A stretch of DNA of 39,011 nt from an uncultured bacterium (GTDB taxonomy: Bacteria; Actinomycetota; Coriobacteriia; Coriobacteriales; Coriobacteriaceae): NCBI GenBank assembly GCA_905215195.1, contig CAJMPF010000001.1, positions 1 to 39,011 of the forward strand. Reading direction: 5' to 3'. Under the pieces are notes generated by a model. It made no database searches. It saw nothing but the letters and a program-made list of their open reading frames with translations, and was not told where the DNA came from. The translations under genes and the position numbers were made by a program. Positions 1 through 9,710 of the stretch are shown here, one piece after another; positions within the stretch are counted from its first letter, which is position 1, and the number at the start of each line of letters is the position of its first letter.

Positions 1-152
1 CATCAACAAGGCGGAATGTGGGAGGTGTTCGGATAAAGTCGATAATCAAGGTAGTACTTAAGTGTTTGCGTATAACCTAAGAATCAATACGCCCGGCACT
101 CTGTCGGGCGTATTCTATTGAAGACTATGTTTCCTAACAAGGAGTAACCGAT

Positions 153-1238
153 ATGGGTCTGATTCAAAAGAAGGACGAGAAGGACGAGATCGACGGCATT
201 CAGATCATCGAGCGCGGCGAAGGCCCCGACGGTGATGAGGACGAGAAGATCGACCTGGTCACCGGTACGTCTGCCGAGCACATTGCTGCCGGTACGACGG
301 CCGAGGAGGAGGACGCCCGTCTGGAGGCTCAGATTGCCGCGGATGCCGCTGACGAGAATCTGATGCCCGAGGAGCAGGACGAGGACGATGACTCCGACGT
401 GGATGACCACGCTTGCAAGCACAAGAAGACGATGATTGCCGCCTTTGTGGTTGCAGTCGTGATTGCTGCCGTGATTGGCTTCTTTATTGGCAATGGTGGT
501 TTTGGCGGCAAGGGCGTCGGCTCGGCGACCCTGACCGAGGACCAGCTCGATTCGACCGTGGCAAGCTACAGCTACAACGGCAAGAAGAGTGACATCACCG
601 CGCGCGAGGCCATCGAGAGCCAGTACAGCCTCGACACCGTCAAGGACGACGACGGCAACTATACCGCTCCGTCTGCCGACGTCATCCTGTCCTACGTGCG
701 CAACAAGATTCTGCTCGATGCTGCCGAGGACGAGGGCATTACCGTCTCCTCTAAGGAGATGAAGAAATACGCCGAGGATTCCATCGGCACTTCGGACTAC
801 AAGACCATGGCCACGCAGTATGGCGTGTCCAAGGACCAGGCCAAGCAGATCGTCCGCCAGTCCGCGACGCTGCAGAAGCTCTACAAGAAGAAGGTGGGCG
901 ATAGCTCCGCAAGCATGCCGACTGCTCCGACCGAGCCTGCTGACGGCAACGAGGAGACCGCGAGCAAGGACTACGCCGACTACATCATCAACCTTGTCGG
1001 TGACGAGTGGGATAGCGAGAAGGGCACTTGGAAGGACGCCGACAACACCTATGCCAAGGCCTTTGCCGACGATGCCTTTACGGCCGATAGTGCGACCTAT
1101 AAGCAGGCCATGACCGCCTATTACACCGCCTACCAGCAGTATTCTTCGCAGGCCTCGAGCGCCAGCTCCAAGTGGACCGAGTACGCTAACGGCCTGTACG
1201 CCAAGGCCAACATCAGCATCTACGGCCTGTTTGCGTAA
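153..1238 (+). CDS. Membrane-anchored protein: acidic N-terminal region, one TM helix, SurA-N/foldase-like extracellular domain
   Basis: 361-aa ORF, RBS AAGGAG. D/E-rich N-terminus, hydrophobic IAAFVVAVVIAAVIGFFIG, then NKILLDAAEDEGITVS reminiscent of SurA/PrsA N-domains. Confidence 0.6.
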   Translation: MGLIQKKDEKDEIDGIQIIERGEGPDGDEDEKIDLVTGTSAEHIAAGTTAEEEDARLEAQIAADAADENLMPEEQDEDDDSDVDDHACKHKKTMIAAFVVAVVIAAVIGFFIGNGGFGGKGVGSATLTEDQLDSTVASYSYNGKKSDITAREAIESQYSLDTVKDDDGNYTAPSADVILSYVRNKILLDAAEDEGITVSSKEMKKYAEDSIGTSDYKTMATQYGVSKDQAKQIVRQSATLQKLYKKKVGDSSASMPTAPTEPADGNEETASKDYADYIINLVGDEWDSEKGTWKDADNTYAKAFADDAFTADSATYKQAMTAYYTAYQQYSSQASSASSKWTEYANGLYAKANISIYGLFA

Positions 1239-1281
1239 GGATTGCTTGAGCTTTCGAGCACGAAGCCGAAATATCTGATGG

Positions 1282-1318
1282 AGCCCCCTAGAACGGACAT
1301 CGTTCTAGGGGGCTTTTT
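1282..1318 (+). terminator. Rho-independent terminator
   Basis: Perfect 14-bp stem AGCCCCCTAGAACG / CGTTCTAGGGGGCT, 5-nt loop, T-run; lies between convergent genes. Confidence 0.85.
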
Positions 1319-1351
1319 GCGTTGAAGGCGTGATTGGCGGCTTAATTATGG

Positions 1352-1591
1352 CTATTCATCTTTAAGTCCAAAAAGGTTATCGGCTTCATCGTCAGGCATA
1401 TATTCCAGTACATCGCCCGGTTGGCAGTCGAGTGCCCGACATATCGCGTCAAGAGTTGAAAAACGTATGGCAGAAACCTTGCCCGTCTTAATGCGTGACA
1501 TATTGACCTGGGAGATGCCCACGCGTTCCGCAAGCTCTTTGGATGAGATCTTGCGTTCGGCGAGCATGCGGTCAAGCCGCAGAATAATCAT
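1352..1591 (-). CDS. Cro/C1-type (YozG-like) HTH transcriptional regulator
   Basis: 79 aa, LRLDRMLAERKISSKELAERVGIS...IRFSTLDAICRALDCQPGD; typical partner of DUF2975 genes. Confidence 0.9.
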   Translation of the reverse strand: MIILRLDRMLAERKISSKELAERVGISQVNMSRIKTGKVSAIRFSTLDAICRALDCQPGDVLEYMPDDEADNLFGLKDE

Positions 1592-1600
1592 GGATTCCCC

Positions 1601-2239
1601 CTAGAGCAACTCGTCATCTTGTTTTTGCAGGATATACCCGTAACGGAAGATACTGGCAATCAGGCAAATAATCAGGCCTGCAAAGAGCATGGAGGGCTCG
1701 AATAACTGGCCGACGAACGCATCCGTAAAGTTGCCGCCAAATCCTGAGAGTATCATTCCCGTGATTACGGCGCCAAGAAGCCTCACGGCAACGCCGCCGA
1801 TAAGGAATAAATGTCCTACTCGACGAAGTGTCTGGTTACATTCAAGGTCAAAGGGCCTGCCTTCCTTTTCAATGTTGAAGAAAAGCCTGCGCACGCTTAT
1901 CGCGATGGTAAGCGCGAGGCATGTCATCAAGAGGCTCCCTATGGCAGTGTGGCCATCGTGTGCGACGAGCATAAGTGGGGCCTGCGCATCGGTACCGACA
2001 ATAGCCAGGCACGGCCCTTCGCCGGCTTGAAGTTCTACGGATTGGAGGCACGACCCTTGGGAGAGGCCGGGCAATATAAGTAGAAGGTCAATCGCAATGA
2101 CTGCGAGGAGTCCCAGAGCGAGCGCTGTGGTAATGCAGATTGTGGCCCATTTGCAGATGCGAGCGAGCTTCCTCAGTTTGGCTATCGTCTGTTCGCGGCT
2201 GATGGTTTCATTCGATATAGATGCGTTTCGGTGGACCAT
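1601..2239 (-). CDS. DUF2975-family membrane protein
   Basis: Several TM helices, PF...N..TLR motif, C-terminal IFRYGYILQKQDDELL. Start placed at the ATG after RBS GGAGAGG. Confidence 0.8.
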   Translation of the reverse strand: MVHRNASISNETISREQTIAKLRKLARICKWATICITTALALGLLAVIAIDLLLILPGLSQGSCLQSVELQAGEGPCLAIVGTDAQAPLMLVAHDGHTAIGSLLMTCLALTIAISVRRLFFNIEKEGRPFDLECNQTLRRVGHLFLIGGVAVRLLGAVITGMILSGFGGNFTDAFVGQLFEPSMLFAGLIICLIASIFRYGYILQKQDDELL

Positions 2240-2787
2240 AACCTCTCCAATCGGCGTTTTGGATGATACTTGTATCATATCAAAATTAACGATAAACGAT
2301 AAATAATTACGTATACTGAGTAAGTAATGATTGAAAACGATTAGCGTGAGCTATTAGCTCATTTTGGATGCCGGAGTTTGGCGTTCGGGGGATGAGGACA
2401 AATGCCAAAAACTTCCCGTGATCGCGCAAGCGCTCCATCGCGCATCCCTAATTCATCTGGGAAAACAACTGCAAACGATTACAAGAAACCGGTGAACGGT
2501 CGAAAACTACCGTTCACCGATAATCTCAAAACTGGTTCTAACTGGTATTAAGTCAAAAAGACCAATTCACATATCTTCACAATGACCTGCAATTTTTCTA
2601 CACGCTATTTTTAGCCGCCCTGCGTTGTTTAGACACCGGGAAAGATCCGTTCTTTTGCCAAAACAGTTCGAAACGGTTTCAAAACCGCAGGTAGAAGTGT
2701 TAACGAGCGGTAAACGGTCGATTTATCACCGTGAGCGGTGCAAAAACGTTTTACCGTATGAATCAACGAAAGCGACCTCTTCTGGGG

Positions 2788-2826
2788 TGATATAGTGACA
2801 ACAACACGTCACGTGGTTACTACCAG
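2788..2826 (+). promoter_or_regulatory. Extended -10 (TGATATAGT) plus GntR/HutC-type operator TGGTTACTACCAG
   Basis: The same 13-mer recurs upstream of agaS (7107-7119); TGGT-N4-ACCA resembles NagR/DasR dre sites. Confidence 0.65.
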
Positions 2827-2942
2827 TTTAGAAACCACTGGTCTTCAAAGAACGCTTTCTAAGAAGCTTTAAGGGCGAGCGCCCGCTGGCTTCCGAAAAT
2901 CATCGGACTCAGATTGTACACACCTTCGGAAGGGAAATTTGA

Positions 2943-3386
2943 ATGGTTGGCTTTATTCTTACCGGTCATGGACAGTTCGCACCCGGCCTAGCTAGCGCTA
3001 TCGCTATGGTTGCCGGCGACCAGCCCGCTTTTACCGTCGTTCCTTTTGAGGGCGACCAGGCTGCTTCCTACGGTGAGGATCTCCGCGCCGCTATTACCGC
3101 CATGCGCGAGGAGTGCGATGGCGTGCTCGTCTTTACCGACCTGCTTGGCGGCACCCCGTTCAACCAGTCGATGATGATTGCCCAGGATGTCGACAACGTC
3201 GAGGTTCTGACTGGCACCAACCTTCCCATGGTTATTGAGCTTCTGTTCCTCCGCGGCAATGCCACGCTCGCCGAGCTTGGCGAGCAGGCCGTGACCGTTG
3301 GCCAGACGGGCATCACCGCCCAGACGGTCGCATCCGTTGCCGGCTCCGAGGAAGAGGATATCTTCGGCGACGAGGACGGCATCTAA
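2943..3386 (+). CDS. agaF: Mannose-class PTS EIIA (GalNAc PTS, AgaF-like)
   Basis: ILTGHGQFA (phospho-His), DLLGGTPFN and TGTNLPM motifs. Confidence 0.85.
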   Translation: MVGFILTGHGQFAPGLASAIAMVAGDQPAFTVVPFEGDQAASYGEDLRAAITAMREECDGVLVFTDLLGGTPFNQSMMIAQDVDNVEVLTGTNLPMVIELLFLRGNATLAELGEQAVTVGQTGITAQTVASVAGSEEEDIFGDEDGI

Positions 3387-3667
3387 TGGCCGATTTCGGA
3401 GCCAACGTCCTGAGCTCCTCGGTCGCCCTTTTAGGTCTGCTTGTCATCATGGGCTTGATTTACACCATCTGGTCGCAAATCAACATGAAGAAGAAGCAGA
3501 AGTACTTCAAGGAGCTGCACACCGAGCTCAAGCCGGGTCAGGAGGTTCTTTTCGCCGGCGGTATCTACGGAACCGTCAAAGGCATCGAAGGCGAGAAGGT
3601 CCAGATCAAAGTCCGATCCGGAGCCGTCGTAGATGTTTCGCGTTATGCGATTCAGGAGATCAAGTAA
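3386..3667 (+). CDS. yajC: YajC-like preprotein translocase subunit
   Basis: N-terminal TM helix then LKPGQEVLFAGGIYGTV; stop/start overlap TAATG with IIA. Confidence 0.8.
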   Translation: MADFGANVLSSSVALLGLLVIMGLIYTIWSQINMKKKQKYFKELHTELKPGQEVLFAGGIYGTVKGIEGEKVQIKVRSGAVVDVSRYAIQEIK

Positions 3668-3703
3668 CTGTCGTCAGCAAATATCGAAAGGAAGCTGATC
3701 AAC

Positions 3704-4186
3704 ATGGCAGAACCCAACATTCTTCTTACCCGCATCGATAACCGACTGGTTCATGGTCAGGTTGCCACCCAGTGGAACTCCACCCTGGGCTCCAACCTCA
3801 TCCTCGTCGCCAACGACGACGTGGCGTCCAACACCATGCGCCAGAACCTCATGAAGATGGCCGCTCCCGCCGGCGTCGCTACGCGTTTCTTCTCTCTGCA
3901 GAAGACCATCGACGTCATTGGCAAGGCGAGCCCGCGCCAGAAGATCTTCATCGTGGCCGAAACACCGGAAGACGTGCTTACGCTCGTCAAGGGCGGTGTG
4001 CCTATAAAGAAGGTAAACATCGGCAACATGCACATGTCGGAAGGAAAGCGCCAAGTCGCCACCTCCGTCGCAGTTAACGACGAGGATGTCGCTGCGTTTA
4101 AAGAGCTGCAGGAATTGGGGGTGGAGTTGGAGATCAGGCGCGTTCCGAGCACGCCTGTTGAGGACACGAGCAAGCTCTTCTCGTAA
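3704..4186 (+). CDS. agaV: PTS N-acetylgalactosamine EIIB
   Basis: RIDNRLVHGQV with catalytic His; VNIGNMH; ELEIRRVP. Confidence 0.9.
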   Translation: MAEPNILLTRIDNRLVHGQVATQWNSTLGSNLILVANDDVASNTMRQNLMKMAAPAGVATRFFSLQKTIDVIGKASPRQKIFIVAETPEDVLTLVKGGVPIKKVNIGNMHMSEGKRQVATSVAVNDEDVAAFKELQELGVELEIRRVPSTPVEDTSKLFS

Positions 4187-4276
4187 TCCTCGTGATCCAC
4201 GTTGTCAGGAGTGAAACCCTGACGTTCTGTACGTGAAATCCAAAGTGCGTACATACATTTTGAAAGGAGGAGCAAG

Positions 4277-5077
4277 ATGGAATACTCGATCATCCAGATC
4301 GCTCTGGTCTTCGTCGTCACGTTCATCGCGGCAATCGACCAGTTTGACTTCCTCGAGTCTCTCTATCAGCCCATCGTCACCGGCGCCGTCATCGGTCTTA
4401 TCCTTGGCGACCTCAACACCGGTCTTCTCGTGGGTGGTACCTATCAGCTCATGACGATCGGCAACATGCCGATCGGAGGCGCTCAGCCGCCTAACGCCGT
4501 CATCGGCGGCATCATGGCAGCCATTCTCGCTATCGCCACGGGCCTCGAGCCCAACGCGGCAGTCGGCCTCGCCATTCCGTTCGCTCTGCTTGGCCAGCTT
4601 GGCGTTACCCTGGTCTTCACGCTTATGTCCCCGCTTATGTCCACGGCCGATAACATGGCTCACAACGCGGACACCAAGGGCATCGAGCGCCTGAACTACT
4701 TCGCCATGGCTCTGCTCGGCCTGATCTTCGCTGTCGTCGTCACCCTGTTCTTCATCGCTGGCGCTACCATTGGTCAGACCATCGCTTCCGCCATCCCGAC
4801 TTGGCTGCAGACCGGTCTGTCCGCTGCAGGCGGCATGATGCGCTTCGTCGGCTTCGCCGTCCTGCTCAAGGTTATGATGAACCGCGATATGTGGGGCTTC
4901 TTCCTCATGGGCTTCGGCCTCGCGCTCATCACCGTTGCCAACGATTCGCTGGCAACCCCTGCTCTGCTCATCCTCGCTCTCATCGGCTTCGGCATCGCTT
5001 TCTGGGACTTCCAGCAGCAGACCGAGCTGAAGGGTGCAGCTGTTTCTGACGGAGGTGACTTCGAAGATGGCATCTAA
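4277..5077 (+). CDS. agaW: Mannose-class PTS EIIC (AgaW-like)
   Basis: QPIVTGAVIGLILGD and PIGGAQPPN motifs; RBS AGGAGG. Confidence 0.85.
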   Translation: MEYSIIQIALVFVVTFIAAIDQFDFLESLYQPIVTGAVIGLILGDLNTGLLVGGTYQLMTIGNMPIGGAQPPNAVIGGIMAAILAIATGLEPNAAVGLAIPFALLGQLGVTLVFTLMSPLMSTADNMAHNADTKGIERLNYFAMALLGLIFAVVVTLFFIAGATIGQTIASAIPTWLQTGLSAAGGMMRFVGFAVLLKVMMNRDMWGFFLMGFGLALITVANDSLATPALLILALIGFGIAFWDFQQQTELKGAAVSDGGDFEDGI

Positions 5078-6149
5078 TGAGTATGTGATCCCGGAGCACT
5101 ACGAGGATCTCACTCCTGCTCCGCAGCTCGACCAGAAGACCCTCAACAAGATGGCTTGGCGCTCCTGCTTCCTGCAGGCCTCGTTCAACTACGAGCGTAT
5201 GCAGGCCGCTGGCTGGCTCTACTCCATCATCCCCGGTCTGGAGAAGATCCACACCAACAAGAACGACCTCGCGGCTTCCATGAGCCACAACCTGGAGTTC
5301 TTCAACACCCACCCGTTCCTCGTCACCTTTGTTATGGGCATCGTGCTTTCGCTCGAGCAGAACAAGGTTGACATCCCCACGATCCGTGCCGTCCGCGTCG
5401 CCGCAATGGGCCCGCTCGGTGGTATCGGTGACGCCCTGTTCTGGCTGACGCTCGTGCCTATCACGGCCGGCATCACCTCCAACATGGCCATCAACGGCAA
5501 CGCTGCTGCGCCGATCATCTTCCTGGTGATCTTCAACGCTGTCCAGTTCGCTCTGCGCTTCTGGCTCATGAACTGGTCCTACAAGCTTGGCACCAGCGCT
5601 ATTGACGCTCTGACCGCCAACATGCAGGCCTTCACGCGTGCCGCTTCCATCATGGGCGTCTTCGTCGTCGGTTGCCTGGTCGTCACCATGGGTGGCACCC
5701 AGATCAACCTCCAGATCCCCAACGGCACCACCCGTGGTCTCTCCGCTACTACCGTGATCGTCTCCGAGAAGGAGGCCGAGAACTTCACCGGTATGGAGGG
5801 CATCGATACCGAGACCGCTGAGGCCGGTACCATCGCCATGACCGATAAGGACGGCAACGCCCTTACCGCTTCCGATGCCGACGGCAATGCTGTCGAGTGC
5901 GGCGTCACCGATCTGGGTAACGGCATGGAGTCCGTGACCTACGGCACCGTTACCGAGGATCCGGTCAACTTCTCTGTTGCCGACACCCTCAACACCATCG
6001 TCCCGAAGCTCGTCCCGCTTATGCTTACGCTGCTGCTTTACTACATGTTCGCTAAGCACAGCTGGACCCCGACCAAGGGCATTCTCCTGCTCTTCGTCCT
6101 TGGCATCCTGGGCGCTGGCCCGCTTGGTCTCTGGCCGAGCATCTGGTAA
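5067..6149 (+). CDS. agaE: Mannose-class PTS EIID (AgaE-like) with a large extracellular insertion
   Basis: QASFNYERMQ, FFNTHP and MGPLGGIGDALFW motifs. ATG at 5067 after GGAGG, overlapping the IIC end. Confidence 0.85.
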   Translation: MASNEYVIPEHYEDLTPAPQLDQKTLNKMAWRSCFLQASFNYERMQAAGWLYSIIPGLEKIHTNKNDLAASMSHNLEFFNTHPFLVTFVMGIVLSLEQNKVDIPTIRAVRVAAMGPLGGIGDALFWLTLVPITAGITSNMAINGNAAAPIIFLVIFNAVQFALRFWLMNWSYKLGTSAIDALTANMQAFTRAASIMGVFVVGCLVVTMGGTQINLQIPNGTTRGLSATTVIVSEKEAENFTGMEGIDTETAEAGTIAMTDKDGNALTASDADGNAVECGVTDLGNGMESVTYGTVTEDPVNFSVADTLNTIVPKLVPLMLTLLLYYMFAKHSWTPTKGILLLFVLGILGAGPLGLWPSIW

Positions 6150-6215
6150 GGCTCTAGCTTGAGGGGTGTGTCCCTACGCGGCTCACACCCCGACCCCTTA
6201 AGCCATGTGTATGTT

Positions 6216-6254
6216 AAAAGCCGCGTGCTCGAAAGAGCGCGCGGCTTTTGTTTT
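6216..6254 (+). terminator. Rho-independent terminator of the PTS operon
   Basis: AAAAGCCGCGTGCTC-GAAA-GAGCGCGCGGCTTTT followed by further Ts. Confidence 0.85.
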
Positions 6255-6334
6255 CTTGATGATTCGGGTGTGGCAGACAGATAATGCATAACACCCTAGG
6301 TAGTTAGCCGAATTCGAGCAAAAGGGAGGATAGG

Positions 6335-7066
6335 ATGGCGATCGGAGCGCGTAAGCAACCGCTGTACGATCAGCTGGTCGATATTCTGACCGAAAAGATT
6401 GACCATGAATATCGCGCCGGTGACATGATTCCTTCCGAGCGCGAACTTTCGGAGCGCTATGGTCTCTCGCGCACTACGGTACGCCTGGCTCTGCAGGAAC
6501 TGGAGCGTTTAGGACTGGTGGTTCGGCAGCACGGTCGCGGTACCTTTGTGACCGACCGTTCGGCAAAAGCAACCAATCTTATGCAGTCCTACAGCTTTAC
6601 CGAGCAGATGCGCGCGATGGGTCGAGAACCCGAGACCACGATTCTCGAGTTTTGCGAGATGGAGGCCGATAAGAATCTGGCCGAGCATATGGGATTGCGC
6701 ATCGGTGATCGCATTTTTAAGCTCAAGCGCCTTCGTTCTGCCGACAACATGCCCATGATGGTCGAACGCAGCTATCTACCGGTTCGTCAATTTCTGTCCC
6801 TAAAGCGACCGCTGCTGGAGCGTAAGCCGCTTTACGATGTGATTGAGCAGGACTTTCAGCAAAAGATTCGCGTGGCCGAAGAGGAGTTCTATGCGAGCAT
6901 AGCCCGTCCCACCGATGCCCACCTTTTGGGAATTGTCGAGGGCTCGCCTGTGCTCGATTTGGTCAGGACTACGTATAACGAGTCAAACGAGGTTGTGGAG
7001 TATACACTCTCGGTTGCTCGTGCCGATCAGTTTAAATACAAGGTTTACCACCAGCGTAGCAACTAG
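6335..7066 (+). CDS. GntR/HutC (NagR-like) regulator with UTRA domain
   Basis: PLYDQL...[21 protein letters not shown]...GRGTFV followed by a UTRA-like domain. Confidence 0.92.
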   Translation: MAIGARKQPLYDQLVDILTEKIDHEYRAGDMIPSERELSERYGLSRTTVRLALQELERLGLVVRQHGRGTFVTDRSAKATNLMQSYSFTEQMRAMGREPETTILEFCEMEADKNLAEHMGLRIGDRIFKLKRLRSADNMPMMVERSYLPVRQFLSLKRPLLERKPLYDVIEQDFQQKIRVAEEEFYASIARPTDAHLLGIVEGSPVLDLVRTTYNESNEVVEYTLSVARADQFKYKVYHQRSN

Positions 7067-7105
7067 TGTCCGCATCGTTTCCATATGGTGATTCTTTGCA
7101 TTTAA

Positions 7106-7141
7106 CTGGTTACTACCAGATAACCAACCGAAGTGTATAAT
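7106..7141 (+). promoter_or_regulatory. GntR operator CTGGTTACTACCAG and -10 TATAAT for agaS
   Basis: Near-palindrome matching 2814-2826; TATAAT at 7136-7141. Confidence 0.65.
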
Positions 7142-7180
7142 TGCACGTCAGAGGATTACTTCTAGAGAGAGGTATTAAAA

Positions 7181-8347
7181 ATGTTCGAGAAGAGTGTCGA
7201 GGAGCTCACCGAGCTCGGCGCCCAGATCACCACGGCCGAGATTGCTCAGCAGCCCGAGCTTTGGCGTGATACGCTCAACATCTATCGCGAGAACAAGGAG
7301 GCCATCGAGGCCTTCCTGGCCGAGGCTCGCGCTATGGGCGAGGGTCGTCTGTCCGTTGTCTTCACCGGTGCCGGTACGTCCGACTACGTTGGCGATACCT
7401 GCGCCCCGTACCTGCGTCACGCTGGCAACACTGATCTCTACGACTTTAAGCCCATCGCCACGACCGATATCGTGAGCGCCCCGCGCGACTTCCTGCGCGC
7501 CGAGGATCCCACGCTCGTGGTTTCCTTTGCCCGCTCTGGCAACAGCCCCGAGAGCCTTGCCGCCGTCGCCGTTGCCAAGGAGCTCGTCCACAACGTCAAG
7601 TTCCTCAACATCACCTGCGCTCCCGAGGGCAAGCTCGCCGTCGAGTCCGCCGATGATCCCAATGCGCTGACGCTGCTCATCCCGCGCGCCAACGACAAGG
7701 GCTTCGCCATGACCGGTTCCTACACCTGCATGACCCTGCTCTCCACCCTTATTTTCGACACTGCCTCTGACGAGCAGAAGGCCGAGTGGGTCGAGACGAT
7801 TGCCAAGATGGGCGAGGAGGTCATCTCCCGTGAGCCTGAGATCGCCGATTACCTGGCTGGCGACTTCAACCGCGTGACCTACTTGGGTTCTGGCTCCTTC
7901 GGTGGCCTTGCCCAGGAGAGCCAGCTCAAGATCCTCGAGCTCGCTCACGGTCTGGTCGCTACTTCCTACGACACCTCCATGGGCTATCGTCACGGACCTA
8001 AGTCCTTCGTCGACGATAAGACGCTCGTCTTCGTGTTCGTCAACAACGACGCCTACACCCGTCAGTACGACATCGACATCCTCAACGAGATCGGTGGCGA
8101 CGAAATCGCTCAGCACACCATCGCCGTTCAGCAGGAAGGTGCCACCGTCTATGAGGGTGAGTCCTTCACCTTTAAGGGCTACGAGGCGCTTCCCGAGGGC
8201 TACCTTGCCCTGCCGTTCGTGATGTTTGCCCAGGCTATCAGCCTGCTTAACTCCGTGCGCGTGGGCAACACGCCCGATACGCCGAGCCCCACCGGCACGG
8301 TCAACCGCGTGGTTAAGGGCGTGACGATTCACCCCTTCACCGCTTAA
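7181..8347 (+). CDS. agaS: SIS-domain galactosamine-6-phosphate deaminase/isomerase
   Basis: EIAQQP, TGAGTS, SFARSGNSPES, FAMTGS, RHGPKS, PDTPSPTGTVNRVVKGV motifs. Confidence 0.92.
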   Translation: MFEKSVEELTELGAQITTAEIAQQPELWRDTLNIYRENKEAIEAFLAEARAMGEGRLSVVFTGAGTSDYVGDTCAPYLRHAGNTDLYDFKPIATTDIVSAPRDFLRAEDPTLVVSFARSGNSPESLAAVAVAKELVHNVKFLNITCAPEGKLAVESADDPNALTLLIPRANDKGFAMTGSYTCMTLLSTLIFDTASDEQKAEWVETIAKMGEEVISREPEIADYLAGDFNRVTYLGSGSFGGLAQESQLKILELAHGLVATSYDTSMGYRHGPKSFVDDKTLVFVFVNNDAYTRQYDIDILNEIGGDEIAQHTIAVQQEGATVYEGESFTFKGYEALPEGYLALPFVMFAQAISLLNSVRVGNTPDTPSPTGTVNRVVKGVTIHPFTA

Positions 8348-8365
8348 TCGCGTCCCCCTGTAAGG

Positions 8366-8402
8366 GCGCCCGTCCGCTCATAACGGCGGGCGGGCGCTTT
8401 TT
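8366..8402 (+). terminator. Rho-independent terminator
   Basis: GCGCCCGTCCGC...GCGGGCGGGCGC followed by TTTTT. Confidence 0.75.
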
Positions 8403-8465
8403 GTTTTTACATGGACCGGGTATAAGCATTACCACAGTCAACTGCTTTAGAAGCAAGGAGTGCAT

Positions 8466-9635
8466 ATGAGCACGTACGCAATTAAGGCTGACAAGTTCTT
8501 CTTGCCGGCAGGCCCGCAACTGGGCGGCTATCTTATGGTCGAGGATGGCGTTTTTGGCGCCTGGCAGGCCGACGAGCCCTCTTGCGAGATTAAGGACTAC
8601 ACGGGATCGTGGATCGCACCGGGTATGGTCGATACTCACATCCATGGCTTCTATAACCACTCGACTACCGATAACGATCCCGAGGGCATTGATATCAGCT
8701 CGACCGAGCTAGCCCGTCGCGGTACCACCAGCTGGCTGCCCACGACGTTCACCGATGGCGTCGAGCAGATCAAGGACGCCTGCGCCGCCATCGCTCAGGC
8801 GGACGAGGGTCGCGGCCCCGACTTCTGCGGTGCTCGCATTCAGGGCATCTACCTGGAGGGCCCCTTCTTTACCATGAAGCACGTGGGCGCACAGAACCCC
8901 GCCTACCTGATCGATCCCTCCGAGGAGGTCTTCGATCAGTGGCAGGAGGCTGCGGGCGGTCGCATCGTTAAGAGCGCCATGGCGGCCGAGCGCGACGGTG
9001 CCGCTGCTTATGCGGCTGCTCTGAACGCCAAGGGTGTGGTGACCAGCATCGGTCACTCCGACGCCACCTACGATGAGTGCATCGCTGCCATCAACGCCGG
9101 TGCCAGCTGCTTTACGCATACCTATAACGGTCAGCGCGGGCTGCATCACCGTGAGCCCGGTGTCGTGGGCGCTGCCATGTCCACGCCCGAGACCTACGCC
9201 GAGATCATCTGTGACGGCAAGCACGTAAACCCTGCCGCCATCAAGGCGCTGCTGCAGGCAAAGGGCTGGCAGCACACGGTGCTCATCACCGACTGCCTGG
9301 GGTGCGGCGGCATGCCCGAGGGCAGCTACACCAGCGGCGGCATGGACGTCATCATGAAGGACAACCTGTGCTGGCTCGCCGACGGCAAGAGCATTGCCGG
9401 CTCGGTGCTCACGCTTGCCCAGGGCGTCAAGAACATTGTCGATTGGGGCATCGCCAGCGCCGATATCGCCATTCGCATGGCAACCGAGGTGCCGGCACGC
9501 TCCGCGCACATCGAGGATAAGTGCGGCAGCATCATGCCGGGTCGCGACGCCGACTTTGTCGTGTTCGACCATGAGCTCACCCTCGTCGAGACGTATGTTG
9601 GCGGCCAGAGCGTCGGCAACGCCTTTACCGAGTAA
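8466..9635 (+). CDS. nagA: N-acetylglucosamine/N-acetylgalactosamine-6-phosphate deacetylase
   Basis: PGMVDTHIHG, YLEGPF, GHSDA, THTYNG, DGKHV, LITD, IAGS motifs. Confidence 0.93.
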   Translation: MSTYAIKADKFFLPAGPQLGGYLMVEDGVFGAWQADEPSCEIKDYTGSWIAPGMVDTHIHGFYNHSTTDNDPEGIDISSTELARRGTTSWLPTTFTDGVEQIKDACAAIAQADEGRGPDFCGARIQGIYLEGPFFTMKHVGAQNPAYLIDPSEEVFDQWQEAAGGRIVKSAMAAERDGAAAYAAALNAKGVVTSIGHSDATYDECIAAINAGASCFTHTYNGQRGLHHREPGVVGAAMSTPETYAEIICDGKHVNPAAIKALLQAKGWQHTVLITDCLGCGGMPEGSYTSGGMDVIMKDNLCWLADGKSIAGSVLTLAQGVKNIVDWGIASADIAIRMATEVPARSAHIEDKCGSIMPGRDADFVVFDHELTLVETYVGGQSVGNAFTE

Positions 9636-9641
9636 CGATAG

Positions 9642-9679
9642 AAAAAGACGGCGGGCCCGAATCTGCTCGGACCCGCCGT
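9642..9679. terminator. Hairpin terminator between convergent genes
   Basis: ACGGCGGGCCCGA / TCGGACCCGCCGT preceded by an A-run (T-run on the minus strand). Confidence 0.7.
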
Positions 9680-9710
9680 ATGGGTTAAACGCTCAAAAGC
9701 ACCTTAACAG

